From Lama guanicoe (Eukaryota), in NCBI GenBank assembly GCA_013239625.1, contig MU053823.1, positions 209,698-273,697 on the forward strand: a stretch of 64,000 nucleotides of DNA, given 5' to 3'. Made by a program: the position numbers and the translations under genes. Position 1 is the stretch's first letter. The number at the start of each line of letters is the position of its first letter. Of this stretch, positions 25,600 through 38,382 are shown piece by piece. Below the pieces are notes generated by a model. It was not told the origin of the DNA. It saw only the letters and a program-made list of their open reading frames with translations, and ran no database searches.

Positions 25600-28140
25600 A
25601 TATATTACATCTCTGTCTTCCATTGCAACTTTCTCGTTGATTGAATGGAGCACCAGGTAGGTATCTCTTGTTTTGAAAGAAAAAGGCTACCCACTGCTGT
25701 GGAAGCAGTCATCTTCCTTATTATCATTTAATACATAAATTGTTATTCAGCTCATAGCAATATACTTGGGTTTTTTTCCCACTAAACTTCCATTTTCCAA
25801 ACCCTCATAAGTCTTGCGTATGACAAGAAAAAAAAAAGCTTAAGGAAACAAGCTTAAGGTAAAGTTAAGTTGGCTACACCATTTATATGCCCCATGCTCC
25901 CCACTAGAACAGGAATAAAAGATTCTTTGTTCTGTACAGTCTGACAGTCAAATAAAGGCATTTATATCCTAAGGGAATTGTCTCTATAAATAAAAATGTA
26001 ATAAAATAAAAGATAAATCCCAGATTAATTTTGTTATCAGATTTGGTGTTAGGATAATAAATATATTTTGCAACAAATAAACTATCACCTTGAATCTGAA
26101 AATTGGTTTTGTTAGAATTTCACTGTGATGTTGAATTTTCAATGTGATGTTAATGTTGACAAGTGTTGTGTTTGTTCACAAGCAAGAAGGATAAAATTAT
26201 AAGTCTGAAGACCAAAAAACTAATGAACAGTTACTTATAAAATAAGAAACTCAATGTGCTTATATCTGCTTTATAGAGTATGAGTGAATATTCAAAGGTA
26301 TTCATACATGTCTTAACAGATACCAAAGTTTCTGGGATACATGTAGCGTTCCTGGACATCAGTAACTGATGATTCTGTGTCCAGAAGATACTGTTTGTAT
26401 AATTGATAACTGCCCAGCCTCTTCTTTTTACTTTACTTCTTATTCTAATTCTCTGAAGTCTCTGCAAATCCCTTATGAAAGAAAATGGAAAATTAGTAAG
26501 AAACCATTAAAAGTATTTTTCTGTTCCTTCTGTTTTGTTCCCAGGAATCTTGTGTTTTAGTGTTTTTTGTTTGGTTGCTTAGCTGGTTTGGTTTTCTCTG
26601 AGTTAAGAGTTTAATCTGATAGATGTTATAAAAAAAAAAAACCTTAACTTGTTTCCATGATTATATATTTCCAGACTGTTCATTTGTCTCAAGCCTCCTT
26701 CCCACATGGATGCTTTGAAATAATCTGCCATTTCCTCTGGCAGTGGCTACCACACAGAGTGTCAAACTCTCAAATGCAAGGAATTTGCTTTGATTCCTCT
26801 CCTCCTTTCATAACTTCTCTCCTTCAGAACAGAAGCTCAAAAAAGGGCAGTGACATAGGGTATTTCACAGTAACTTAGCAGTAGGACTTGGACTAGAACC
26901 CAAGGCCTTGGCATGTCCTCTACTGAGATGGTCCATCTGTCTGTAACTCACTTCTCTCTTCAAACTGTACCATCTTAGGCCTGAAAATTTTGTGAGATTC
27001 CTAGGATGTGCCAAGAAACATGCACATTCAGCAAGATAAGGGACTGTACGTTCTCTTTGATAAAACAGGCCAAGATGACAGTGTAAGCATGCAACATTAA
27101 ATTCCAGTATTAGTCATTTCCATGGGATCCTGACGTTGCCACAAAAACTGGCTGATGAAGGATGTTTATCAAAGCTAATGCATCTCGTTTCTCATTATAC
27201 CCAAGGTCAGGTATCCTAAAACCAGGGTTAGAAGAGGGAGATCCAAGATGGCAGAATATTCTTGGATCTCCTTTGAGCAATCTGAAAAACCTCCTCAAGA
27301 GATTTTTGTGACATCAAAGAAAATTACTTCCTTCTGCAAGTTGCAGGGAAAAAAAATTTAACTTCCTGATTTTGTTCCAAAGTTATATATTTTTAGCCAT
27401 TTAAACATATCAATATCTTCTAACGACAGCTTACATAGTTGAATACCTTTGGAAGAAAATATTGATTTTTTTTATCCAGGAACTACAAAGGAAGTAGTGA
27501 AATCTCAACTCACGAGGAGCACCAGATGTCCCATTTTATGTCATCATTTTTATTCCACTCCAGGAAGATCGTTGCTCGAGAGTAAGAATTCAAGGACTCA
27601 TCTCAGAAATATGTCTCTGGACTAAATGCCTTCACCTACTTGGAGACTTTCACCAGCACGAATAAAGAGCTGCTCTTCAAAAGTCCAGAAGGCACAAAGC
27701 CTCTTTGAACTCTCAGTAAAGATAGTAGAGGAGACTGTCTTCGTCCGTTCAGACTGCTGTAACAGATCACCATGGATGGAGTGACTGGAACAACAGACAT
27801 TTATTTCTCAAAGTTCTGGAGGCTGGAAGTACAAGATCAAGGTGCCAGCGGATGTGGTGTCTGGCGAGCGGCTGCTTCCTGGTTTGCAGACGCCCGGCTC
27901 CTGGTTGTATCGTCACACGGTGGAGAGCAGAGAGGGCCATGCTTTCTCATGTCTCTTCTTGTAAGGACCCTAATCCCAGCATAAAGCACCCCATTCTCGT
28001 GACCTCATCCCTCCCAAAGGCCTCATCTCCAAATACCACCTCACTGAGGATGACGGCATGAATTTTGGAGGGACGCAACATACAGTACACAACAGAGATA
28101 GAACAAGTCTTTCATGCTATTTCCCATTTTTCAGAAAAAC
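25600..28140 (+). mobile_element. Highly degraded RLE-type non-LTR retrotransposon (R4/R2/Hero-like; possibly Mam_R4), interrupted by younger insertions
   Basis: Ordered RT, CCHC and PD-endonuclease remnants found by manual translation (see findings). Confidence 0.55.
27736..28093 (-). mobile_element. MLT1A-type MaLR solo LTR
   Basis: tgtcttcgtccgttcagactgctgtaaca..atttatttctcaaagttctggaggctggaagt..caaca; 5-bp TSD gagac / gagat. Confidence 0.88.
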
Positions 28141-28739
28141 CTCTACTTATTCTTCATTGGATTTCAATTTTAGCTTCCACTGAAGACACATGGTTGTAGA
28201 GGCTTTTGGATGAAGCATTTGAAAAATCAGTTCAGCCTGTTTATCAACACTTCCTTCCCCAGTAATCTATGTCTTATGATAGCTTTGTTCTCTCGGGTAG
28301 AGTACCCTGAACACCACTATGTCTTACATCTGTATTGCACTTTAAGGTTTGCAAAATCCCTGTGCGCTCATTCCTAATTTCATCTGAAATGCTGGGTATA
28401 CCGTATGGCGTTAGGAAAACAGAACAGAAACAATCTACCCGAGTCTGCCACTCATTCTCTCCCCGCCACCAGAAAGTAAACAAACTGCTTCATCTGCCTG
28501 AGCCTCAGTTTCCTTATGACAATTTTGCTTAGATATTCTCCAGGACTGTTTTCCAGTAATAAAATTATTGCCAACCCTGAAAAGTTGGCAAATATTGTCA
28601 TCCCCTCTTTATAGATGAGGAAACAGGCTCACATGGGTGAAGGGGCTTACCCAAGGCTCCTTATTGAGTAAGAATACAAGTTTTCTCCCCCAGAGCTAAG
28701 CTCTTGCATTCCATCAGGCTCACCCTTTACAGGAATAAA

Positions 28740-29250
28740 CAAGATCACACTGTGCCCTGATTAATGCTTTCCTTTTTCACACAGAATAAAATCTATAATC
28801 CCTGCTAGGTATTACAAGGTCTTACATGACCTAGCCCTTGCCAACCAACTATTTACTTACTACAGTCGGCCATGTGAGCCTTCTTCCTGCTCTTTTAACA
28901 CGGCAAGGTCAGTGTTTTTACAATGCTTTCCCCTTTGCCTATACCCTTCCCCTAGACTTTCACATGGCTACCCTCTGGGTCTATGTCTCAGCTCAAAAGT
29001 TACCTCCTTCGAGAGACCTTGCTTAAGCGGACAATCTAAAGTAGTACCTTTAGTTCTTCCTCTAACATAATGCACCGTTTCACTTTCTTCAAAGCACAGA
29101 TCACTATATTTATCCGTTTACTCGTTTGCTGTCTATCTTTCCTCTGACTAAAATGTAAACACCATAAAGGCAAGAACACATCTGACCACTGTACCTCTAG
29201 CACCTAAAAAAAAAATGACATTATGTTCAAAAATATTTATAGAATTGAGG
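28740..29250 (+). mobile_element. L2 3' fragment
   Basis: cagctcaaaagttacctccttcgagagacctt; ctgtacctctagcaccta; aaatatttatagaattga. Confidence 0.6.
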
Positions 29251-30602
29251 AATGTAGAGCCAATTATTACGCAGCAAGAGATTAAACCTTTTTGAACACA
29301 AACTCCGCATCCTCCACTCCCATCAAGTACTTAATTGTGTACATTGTGGGTAGGAGTGGACTGAAGAGCACAAAGGAAGGGTAGGATGGATAAATGACAT
29401 TCTAATGTTCAGAAATCTATCATGCATTTCTTAAACAATTTGCCTATAATGATTATTTAAATTAGGAAAAAATGAATTTTTCCTCATTCTTCCACCTCTG
29501 GCATTATAAGCAAAACTGTCCACTTCTTTGTTCTCCTCATTTCAAGGGGAAGGAATGACAGCGAATGAGGCACAGAAATGAGTGAGGACTTGCTCAAAAA
29601 CCTCAATTAGAAGAGCTGGGATTAGATAATACTCACTAATAAACCCCTGTCCTGCGCTTAACTCCCAAGACCCACACAGTTCCACATCACGTGGTCACAC
29701 CAGGTTACTACTTCTCACTGGTGAGGCTGGACAGTGCAAAATCTTACCATATCACTTTCTCTTGAAGACTGTCCCACTTGAAAGAAGCCTTTAAAACTGG
29801 AGTGCAATTATCTATGTTCTATATAGTCATGGACTGTGTGTGTGTGTGTGTGTGTGCGTGACTGTAGAAGCAACATAAAAGTATAAGCAAAAGTGTTTAT
29901 TGGCAAAGGTGTTAGCTTAGAACTCTTAGCCTCCAGAGATGGTGTGAACTAGGGCAATAAGGTGTCATGTCACTTTAGAATTAGTAATGGTTGGTTATAT
30001 TTTAGAGAGGAAAAAATGTAAAACCTAAAAGCAAGACGAAGACAGAAACCAAGCAAATGAAATCAGATACATTTTTTCTTTCCTTTTTCTTTTCTTTTTA
30101 AGGTCCTTATTCATGCTTTACACACACACACACACACACACGCTTTTGCAGGTAATATTTTAAAATTCTAATTAAAATATTATTAAGGTATAGAACATAC
30201 TCCTTAAACTTCCAAAATTTACATGGTTTATGGGATGTATCTAAGCTATGTGGAGATATACTAATGTGGAAATACACTAATAATAGATCAAAGCTACTGG
30301 TGATATCTTTTTTATTTACTTTTTTTTATTTAAGTATAGCCAGTTTATGGTCATATCCTTGATCAGCTAAGTTAATTTTAGGGACTATGTCCTAAAGAAA
30401 TAACCTCACAAAAAAAAAATTCATATAAATATGCTTATAGCTGCAGAAAAATTGGAAATAAGTAAAATTTTATCTAGGAATATGAAAACAGTTAGCCAAT
30501 AATAGAATAACGGAGTTTTTAAAGACAAGTATCTATAATAATTTAATGTTTGGAAAAAACAGGAATAAAACGATACTGTGTGATAAAAGCAAAAAGTAAA
30601 TA

Positions 30603-30946
30603 CAGGGTGTCCAAAAAGCCTAGAAACAGAGGATAAATGTATTTTCAAATTGTACATCTATTTTCAAATAATACCATTTACATGTTTTTCTTCAACCTCC
30701 AGACACCTTTTCAGGTGAAGTATTTAAAACAATAGATGTAGTTTTTAATTAGGAAAAAAGTACAATACATAGCACCCCTAAAATCTAAAGTAGATCAGAC
30801 CTACTACTTTAAATTTAGAGATATTTCACCTGAAAACATATCTGGAAGTTGAGTAAAAACACACTGAGCATATTACTTGAAAATGTAAGTAACATACTGT
30901 TTAAAAATAAGTTTATCATATGTTTCCAGACTTTTCAGATATCCTG
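30603..30946. mobile_element. Tc1/mariner-type MITE with TIRs and TA TSD (DNA1_Mam-like)
   Basis: ta|cagggtgtccaaaaagcctagaaaca ... tgtttccagacttttcagatatcctg|ta; inner arms are also complementary. Confidence 0.85.
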
Positions 30947-31084
30947 TAGTAAGTAAACATTGATTATTATCATATAAAAACATGCAAATATTACTCAGCC
31001 ATAAAAAATAATGAAACAATGTCATTTGCAGCAACACGTACTGATTCTCAAATCAATAAAATCTCAGTATGAAAGAAAAAAAAA

Positions 31085-32281
31085 TAGTGAAACACTGCCC
31101 ATCAGCAGATGAATGGATAAACAAAATGTGGTCTATCCATATAATGGAATATTATTCAGCCATAAAAAGGAATAAAATTCTGATACCTGTTACAGCACAG
31201 ATTAACTCTGAAAACATGCTAAGTGAAATAAGCCAGGTACAGGCAAATTCAGAGAGACAAAAAGTAGAACAGTGGTCACTAGGGGCCAAGGGGAAGGAGA
31301 AATGGGGAGTTACTGTTTAATGGGTACAGCATTTCAGTTTGGGATGATAAAAAAGTCCTGGAGCTGAATAGTGGTCATGATTGTGTCACTGAAACTCGGA
31401 CTCCAAGCCCTGCCTACTGAATTGAGACCCAAGGATAGACTTTTGAGTGAAGTAGAAAAGGCAGCTGTATTTCCTTGCCAGGCAAAGGATGTAATAGTGG
31501 AGTAATGCCTCCAAGACTGTAAACCTGCTGGGGAGAGAAGGAAGGGGGTTTTATAGTAAGAGTTCAAGGGGCAGAGCTAGTTTTCATTAAGATTCCAACT
31601 GTTGTAAAGTTATTCTTGTTTTTGCAGATGCAGTGGTCCCCTTCTCTCTGGGGGGTATGAAATTCACCTCCAGCTCTGGGACTTTTATAATACTCTTATG
31701 CCTAGAACAAAGGATGCTAGGAAGGGGGCCTATGGAAAAGAGCTCTAGAGAAAAACGTGTGCAGTTTAAACTCAGGTTGAAAAGTGCTTGTAGCATTTTA
31801 GGCACCCTGAGATCTGGGACCTCCTGCTGCAGGGTGGGACCTGCACCTCAAGCAACAAAATACAAAGAAACCACAAAGGGCTAAAAATAATTCTGACATG
31901 CACAGTTAGGGCAAATTATGAAAAATAAGATGTACAAAACACCCAGCTGCCCTTTCTGAGGTGTCAGGAGCAAAAGGAGGGCACTGAGCATGATCCCCAC
32001 ATGCAGCACCATGAGTGGGTGGGGCAGACCACCCAAACCCTCCTCCTCTTCAGATTAACCCTGGTCAGCGAGGGCATGAGAAAAGCCATTTTACCTATTA
32101 TAAATTAAGCAGTTACAAATACCATATGGTCATCAATGACAACAGGGTCCTGCTCAGTTACGGTTGCATAGTGATGTGAATGTACTTAATGGCACTTAAT
32201 TGTATTCTTGAAAATGGTTAAAATACTAAGTCTTAGGTTATTCATGTTTTACCACAATTTTTTTAAGTTAAAAAAAAAAAA
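31085..32281 (+). mobile_element. L1MB-like 3' end split by an LTR
   Basis: CPSADEWINKMWSIHIMEYYSAIKRN; resumes at 32163 gttgcatagtgatgtgaatgtacttaat and ends in an A tail. Confidence 0.85.
31384..32162 (-). mobile_element. ERV1-class solo LTR
   Basis: TG...C(G) ends with 4-bp TSD attg / gttg, cleanly interrupting the L1 3' end. Confidence 0.75.
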
Positions 32282-32677
32282 GCTAGTGAGAGATATCCTA
32301 ACCTACCTACCAAACATGCTTTGGGGTGAAGTTCCTACTGGATGCTTGATTGGTTTATAAAGGAAGGGTAACAAAATACACACACATTACCAGACTATCA
32401 AGACCTCCAGAACAACAGTTCTCCTGCCATCTACCCTGTTTCCAGCCATTTCATTCAGTCTTCTGACATATCATTTCAGATGTCCTCATAAGGGAACTAC
32501 TCAATTCAACAAATCATAATTTACTTTGTGATACAAATTTTACTGAAATTTCATGTCTTAGGAGACAGAAGAGAACAAAAGTTACTTTGACTCTGGGCTT
32601 TATTTTGAGTTTTAAGGAGAATTACTTAAAGTGGAAGAGAAGAAAAACTAAAATTAAGTGATTCCTATTATGTTAAA

Positions 32678-32917
32678 GGAGAACCAACGAGGTTAAGAAA
32701 ACTTGCTTAAGTTCACACGTCTACTAAGCAATTTAGTAAAAACAATCTCATGACTGTAAAATTTCACATAGATCTTCTCATTTAATATTCATAACAATTC
32801 TGGAAAATTTTTCCTCCACTTGGTACATGATAAAATGGAGAACCAACGAGGTTAAGAAAACTTGCTGAAGTTCACACGTCTACTAAGCAATTTAGTAAAA
32901 ACAATCTCATGACTGTA
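32678..32917. repeat. 81-bp direct duplication separated by 78 bp
   Basis: 32678-32758 and 32837-32917 differ at one base. Confidence 0.95.
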
Positions 32918-33348
32918 TGAAGAACACTAAGCCCTTTCCATTACCTGATTCTACTTTAAATTATGGGGAAAAGTGACCATGTTACCATAGTGTTTGTATG
33001 GAAGAATCCAGAGAAGAAAACCTTGGATGTAATTAGATGTAAACCCTAAATACAAGAAAAGCCAATATTGAAATTTCAGGGAGAAGATAGGGACAATCCC
33101 AAAGGCATAAACTCTCACAGGGAAGCTGGTTCAAGTTGAATGAGAGGTTGGAAAGCAATAAAGTCTGATAACATAATCTCAAATTATGATAATGAGGAAG
33201 AAAGATGTTACGGGGCAAGGAGCGTCAGGATAGATTTAAAGAAACCAAAGTATTTCCACAGGAACTCTCTAGTCAACATGTAGTTTCAGGTAATACACCA
33301 ATGACTATAAAAAAAAACAAATCCTAACATTCAGAATAAACTAAGCTA

Positions 33349-33506
33349 AGAGTGAGGGTATAGCTCAGTGCTAGAGTGTGTGTTTAGCATGCCAGAGGTG
33401 CTGGGGTCAATCCCTGATACCTCTACTAAAAATAATAAGTAAATAAACAAATCTAATTTCCTTCCCCTCCAAAAAAGAAATAAAACAAATTTGAAAAAAT
33501 AAATAA
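33349..33506 (+). mobile_element. tRNA-derived SINE (vic-1-like)
   Basis: gagggtatagctcagtgctagagtg..ggtcaatccctg; TSD aataaactaagcta / aataaactgagcta. Confidence 0.9.
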
Positions 33507-36030
33507 AATAAACTGAGCTATGTGGGGGGGGGGGGAATGACAAAAAAAAATCAATATTTGAACATATATAAAGATCTAATGATAAATTCAAAGAGCAAAA
33601 AGAACAGCAAAGGGCAGTTGCCATAGTATAAACAGAACACTGAGGAAAGAACAGAGCAATTCAATTTCAATTTTGTTTTTATTTCCTCAAAAATAAAATA
33701 AGTCTTAAAGTCCAAGATAGAAAAAAGAGATAAGTGAGCATCTCACTATTTTAAAAAATATTTAAATCCCAAGGGCCATATAAAGAACACTGCAGATTTC
33801 AAATTCAAATAATTTTCTAAACATGTATAGAAAAGAAAAGGCACCAGAAGACAAATAATTGGAAAAATTATCTTATTTTTCAGCATGCATGAGATGGATT
33901 CTGGAAGCTGCCAAATACAGTATATCTATAAGTGACTTTAAAAAGGTGGGGTGATGTGGAGTGTAAAATCTGGCTCTGAAAAAATAAATAAATACAAAGT
34001 CTGGCTGTGCTAGATTTGTAGCCTTGGACTTGTTCATTAACTCTTCTGAATTGTATTCACTCATCAATGAAATGGAGACGTTGAATTCCACTTTGTAGGC
34101 TGTGCTGTGAAGATTAAGGAGAACAGAATAGAGCACCCGTCACAAAGCAAGTACTCAATACCTGGCAGTTTCCATTATTATTATCTATATTATAAACTTG
34201 GTTATAACTGATCTAAGATAGAGCTAGACTATGTTTACGTATCTTACTGATAGATAACTATTTAACAGCGAAAGAGGGACACTTCTGACAGCCTCTGGCA
34301 TGTAGCAACCTAATCCCGTAGCAGTGTTCTCCTCTAGCGGAATGCCAGTTCGGAAACTTCAGGTTTAACACACCCATATGCTCTTTTGGCAGCTGTTTAG
34401 ACCTAAGTATGAAACTAGGAATAGCAAGCATATCTTAAAAGAGTATGTAAATCTTGCCATGAGAACAAAAGACAAACACTAGTACAAGGGAGTCAGCAGA
34501 TCACACAGAAGTCAAATTGGTTCTACAGAATCTGACAAGAGCTGAGGGCAAGAAAAAGAATCAAGCCAGAGGACCAGGCAAAATTCCACAGGAGTGTCAG
34601 ACGCAAGGCTTACCTGTGGCTGCTGTCCAGCCTCTCAGGGGTACTCCACCCTCTCCAGTGCTGACTGGAGCCAAGGGGCCGCAGAAGAAAACAAACCAGT
34701 TTTGGAAATGCAGTCAGTGTAACTCTGTTCAGCTTACTCAACAGTAGAGGCAGGATTTAAAGGAAATAAAGAAGGAAAGGAAAGACAAAATCCTTTAATA
34801 CTCTCCATTCCTCCAGGGGACTTCAGAGTAACAGAAATATCCCCAAGTCCCAGCTATCCTCTGCCTCATCTCCCGTCATCACACTGTGTAATTTACAGTA
34901 GCTGCTACAGCATGACTCTCAGGGGCAGTGTCTTGCGTTATGACTCACTGTTCTGTGTGTCAGTATTTTCCCAACAATGTTTCAAGCTCTTGGCTCACTT
35001 CTGCTATTGATTTCAGTCAGCCCAAGAACTCAGATGCAGCTATACCAGAATGAGAGGAGAGCTGCTGCAAAAAGATCCAGAAAGCAAGGTTATTATTACC
35101 AGATGCCATAAAACCAAGATTTCACATGTCTAACAAAGAGATCCCAGTGCGTTCTGCCACCTAGTCTAGGGAGAGCATAAAGGAAAAGTAAACCAGAGGG
35201 GAACTGACCCAAAGTTGGATTCTATGCAGAATTTCAAAGGAATGAATTTTCTTTTGACAAACCAGATCCTAGGTGCTTTCATCTTCTATTAAAATAGGAA
35301 GTTATATAACTTACAAACTGTATGTTCTCCCCAACTGCTTTAGAGTAATTAATTACCTCTCAGAATTTCCCCAAGGGATGTTTAATAAAGTTGAATTCTT
35401 AATAAACTCTTCTGTGATTCTACCCCAAAAAGAAGACATAAAGTAATTTCAAAGCATAAAAATCAGCGTGAAACCAGCACTAAAAGTTTAACTAGGAGTT
35501 CTTGTTTTCTTTGTAAATGTTATTTAAGTTGACAAGTTAGAATCTGATTGATTTTTGTTACCTCTGGATATTAACTCCTTATGTTACCTTGAGATGTTCT
35601 AGGGTTAGTAACAACCTGTCCCCCAGGAGACGGTGGGGAGGACAGGAAGGATCTGACAGGCCTGGAGGAAGTGGAGCCCACCAGCTCAGCAATGCAGGGA
35701 ATTTAAAATCACACACATACAGATTCCGCCCTTCTTTCTCAGCTTTCTAGAACTGCTTCTTCCTCGTGCCCTCCCCACCACCCCAATTGTCTCCTAGCCT
35801 GGAATTTACTGGATTCCAGTGAATGAAGGGAAATGATTGTAAAGAAGGCATTTGCCAGGCCCCATGCCCCACAACCCACTTCCTCTCCCTCTTGAGTTCC
35901 ACCAGCTCTCGTGTAGGAATCTGCTGCCTCTTTATGACCCATATGTTTCTGGATCTAATGCTCTCTTTTAATTAGACCTGTATTTCTGATCAAATTCCTC
36001 TCCGTAATACTCGCCATCCTTCTGCCTCCA

Positions 36031-36080
36031 ACACACACATACACACACACACGCGCACGCGCGCGCGCACACACACACGT
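36031..36080. repeat. (CA)n(CG)n(CA)n alternating purine-pyrimidine tract
   Basis: acacacacatacacacacacacgcgcacgcgcgcgcgcacacacacacgt. Confidence 0.9.
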
Positions 36081-36306
36081 GCCAAGGGAAGCATCTAGGT
36101 TTCTACACTGGAGGGTCTCTGTGAGGCAGGGAAAGGGGAAGGAGAGGGGAGAAGGCTGGGGTAGAGGAGCAGAAAAGAAGGAAAAGACAGAGAAAAGGAG
36201 AGAAAAAGGAAAGAATATTCCTTCGATTCCTCAAAAGAGGATATGTGATACATTTGAAGAGCATTCACCAACAAAATAGCCTACATTTGCCAAATGCTGC
36301 ATTTAC

Positions 36307-36479
36307 CATTTGCTGCTGGTTGTCTGTGAGCATAAGGAGATGTGCATCTTTGGCTAAGCAGAATTCCAGACTAGAATTCCAGTCCTTCTTCTCCACGGAG
36401 AAGTAGTAACAGTGGTCACCATACCTCACCCAGAGATCTGGGCAGCTAGGGCAGCTGGCACAAGTGGAGAATTTGGAAC
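36307..36479 (-). CDS. KLRG1: KLRG1 coding exon 3 (stalk and start of C-type lectin-like domain)
   Basis: ttttctag / gtaaat; 173 nt; [58 protein letters not shown]. Confidence 0.97.
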
Positions 36480-38280
36480 CTAGAAAAGGAAGAGGACCTG
36501 GTTCACATCTTTATGGACCACTCAGTCTTGGAAGTGAAATGGGAGGTAAGATGTCTCCCCTGCCCCACCATCTTTCAGATTAAGGTTTAGAGAAATGTAC
36601 AACAATGCATGGCCTCAAAATAAATGCCTCACAGTGTGCAACTCTGTCACTACTGCTGTACACTCCTCTGAGCAAGGGTGTGAAGGAACAGGGAAGGAAA
36701 TGGGTACCATCCGGCCGAGGGCCGTGAGGAGAGTCTTTCTTGTGCTAGAGATGTTTCTGCACATGTGATATATACACAGCAGATAAAATAAATATACAAA
36801 GATATGTATAAAAATAAAGATAAAATGAATGTATCAGTGTACCATTTATATGGCTCAGCGCATACACTGTGTAACTGTATAATGCACACTGCTTAAATCA
36901 GGTGGACATTTTTAGAATGTCCAACCTCAATCTGACACCCCATGATAGTGTAAAACAAAAGGACAGAAACTAGAAAGAGCAAATTTAACTAGAATAAAAG
37001 GTTGTTTGGTTTTTTTTTTAATCACAAATGTGAAAAAAATTCACTGGAAATTGGATAAAAGACTTACACTTCAACAAAAAGAATTTATTTTAGATATTAA
37101 AAAATAAGGTTTTCTGACAGAGAAAGGTGTCAGACACTAACGTGAAACGTGGTACAGGTTTCCTAACTGAGCTCTGTTAAATACAAAACATTCTCATTCC
37201 TTTAAAATGGTTGGATCATAGTTCTGTGAAAATGAAAGGGAACGTCATTTCAAGGTAATTTCAACCAAGATTCCATAATGCTGGTGATTTTCTACTTCCA
37301 TGAAACACATTTGTACAAATTAACCATAAGCCCAATTCCACAATAGACAAGCATGAGCTATTACATCCAGTGAGCACGTGTGTAGATTTGTAATTGCAGA
37401 GTAGATTGTGCATCTATTCCAGATTAGGGAGTTTAAAAGTGGGAAAAGCAGTCCTTAATGTTAAAGACTAGACAACTTTTCTGAATAGGCCTGGCATGAG
37501 ACCAATATAGGGTTCTGGAGATCGAGCTACAACATTAGTACCTTATAGAGCTGTGGCTTTTCCATACAGCTGTGATGTCACCCAGGCTGAATCAGAAAGT
37601 CCCAGCTTCCCTGGGAGTGTCCTTCTGTCAAAGGCAGGACCTGGGTCTGAGGTAGAGGTTCCAGGGCTGAACCCTTAGAATCTGAATGAACAAAGTCTGT
37701 CTACCGTGTTACTAACAATCATCCCCAGACAACAAAACCTAAGTTACGACTCTAGACTGTGAAACAATAACTGATGGCCCTCTGGATCATCCTATTTAAG
37801 GACCCAGAAGAACTGCATCTAGAAAAGTTCATTTCAGAAAATGGGAAAGCTCTCTAAATGGAAAAAAATTAGAATATGTCTAATTAAATTATGATATATG
37901 TATTATGTGAAAAGTCAAACACACTATTATAGTAATAATTTTGACAAATATTATAGTAGGCAGGGAAATGTTTATGACATAATCTCAAATTAAAAACCAA
38001 TATGCAACATTATTAGCATACTATGATTAAAACTATACCCAGCCATACTGAAAAAAAAGAGGGGGAAGTGAGGGAGATTTTACAGGACTTGACTGAAATT
38101 CTATTAAAAGAATAAATGGTTACACAAATGCATGCTCTCAAAGACTAGGAGACTATACTCAGGAAATGTTGTTGTGTACTAGTGAAGATTTATCTTTTTG
38201 GAGATATTCTTCATTTTCCTAATTTTCTGTCAAGCTATATCGCTTTTATAACACAAATTTTGGTTGAAGTTACCACTTAC

Positions 38281-38382
38281 CCTGGCACATAATCCCCTGG
38301 AAGAGCAGCAGACTCACTAGAATGACACTCAGAAGCCCCAGAGCTACCGCCACATAGCGAGAGAGAGGGGATCTGGAAGAAG
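38281..38382 (-). CDS. KLRG1: KLRG1 coding exon 2 (type II transmembrane segment)
   Basis: tcttgcag acceptor and gtaagt donor; 102 nt; ASSRSPLSRYVAVALGLLSVILVSLLLFQGIMCQG, in phase with exon 1. Confidence 0.95.

Noticed and set aside
32678..32917. Repeat-spacer-repeat resembling a CRISPR unit or a pair of LTRs
   Set aside because: Only two 81-bp copies, mammalian context, MIR-derived, no TG..CA ends or TSD.
34320..34345. Second CTCF-like motif (also one at ~51093-51112)
   Set aside because: Mismatches or a register shift in the GGGC core; too weak to call without a PWM scan.
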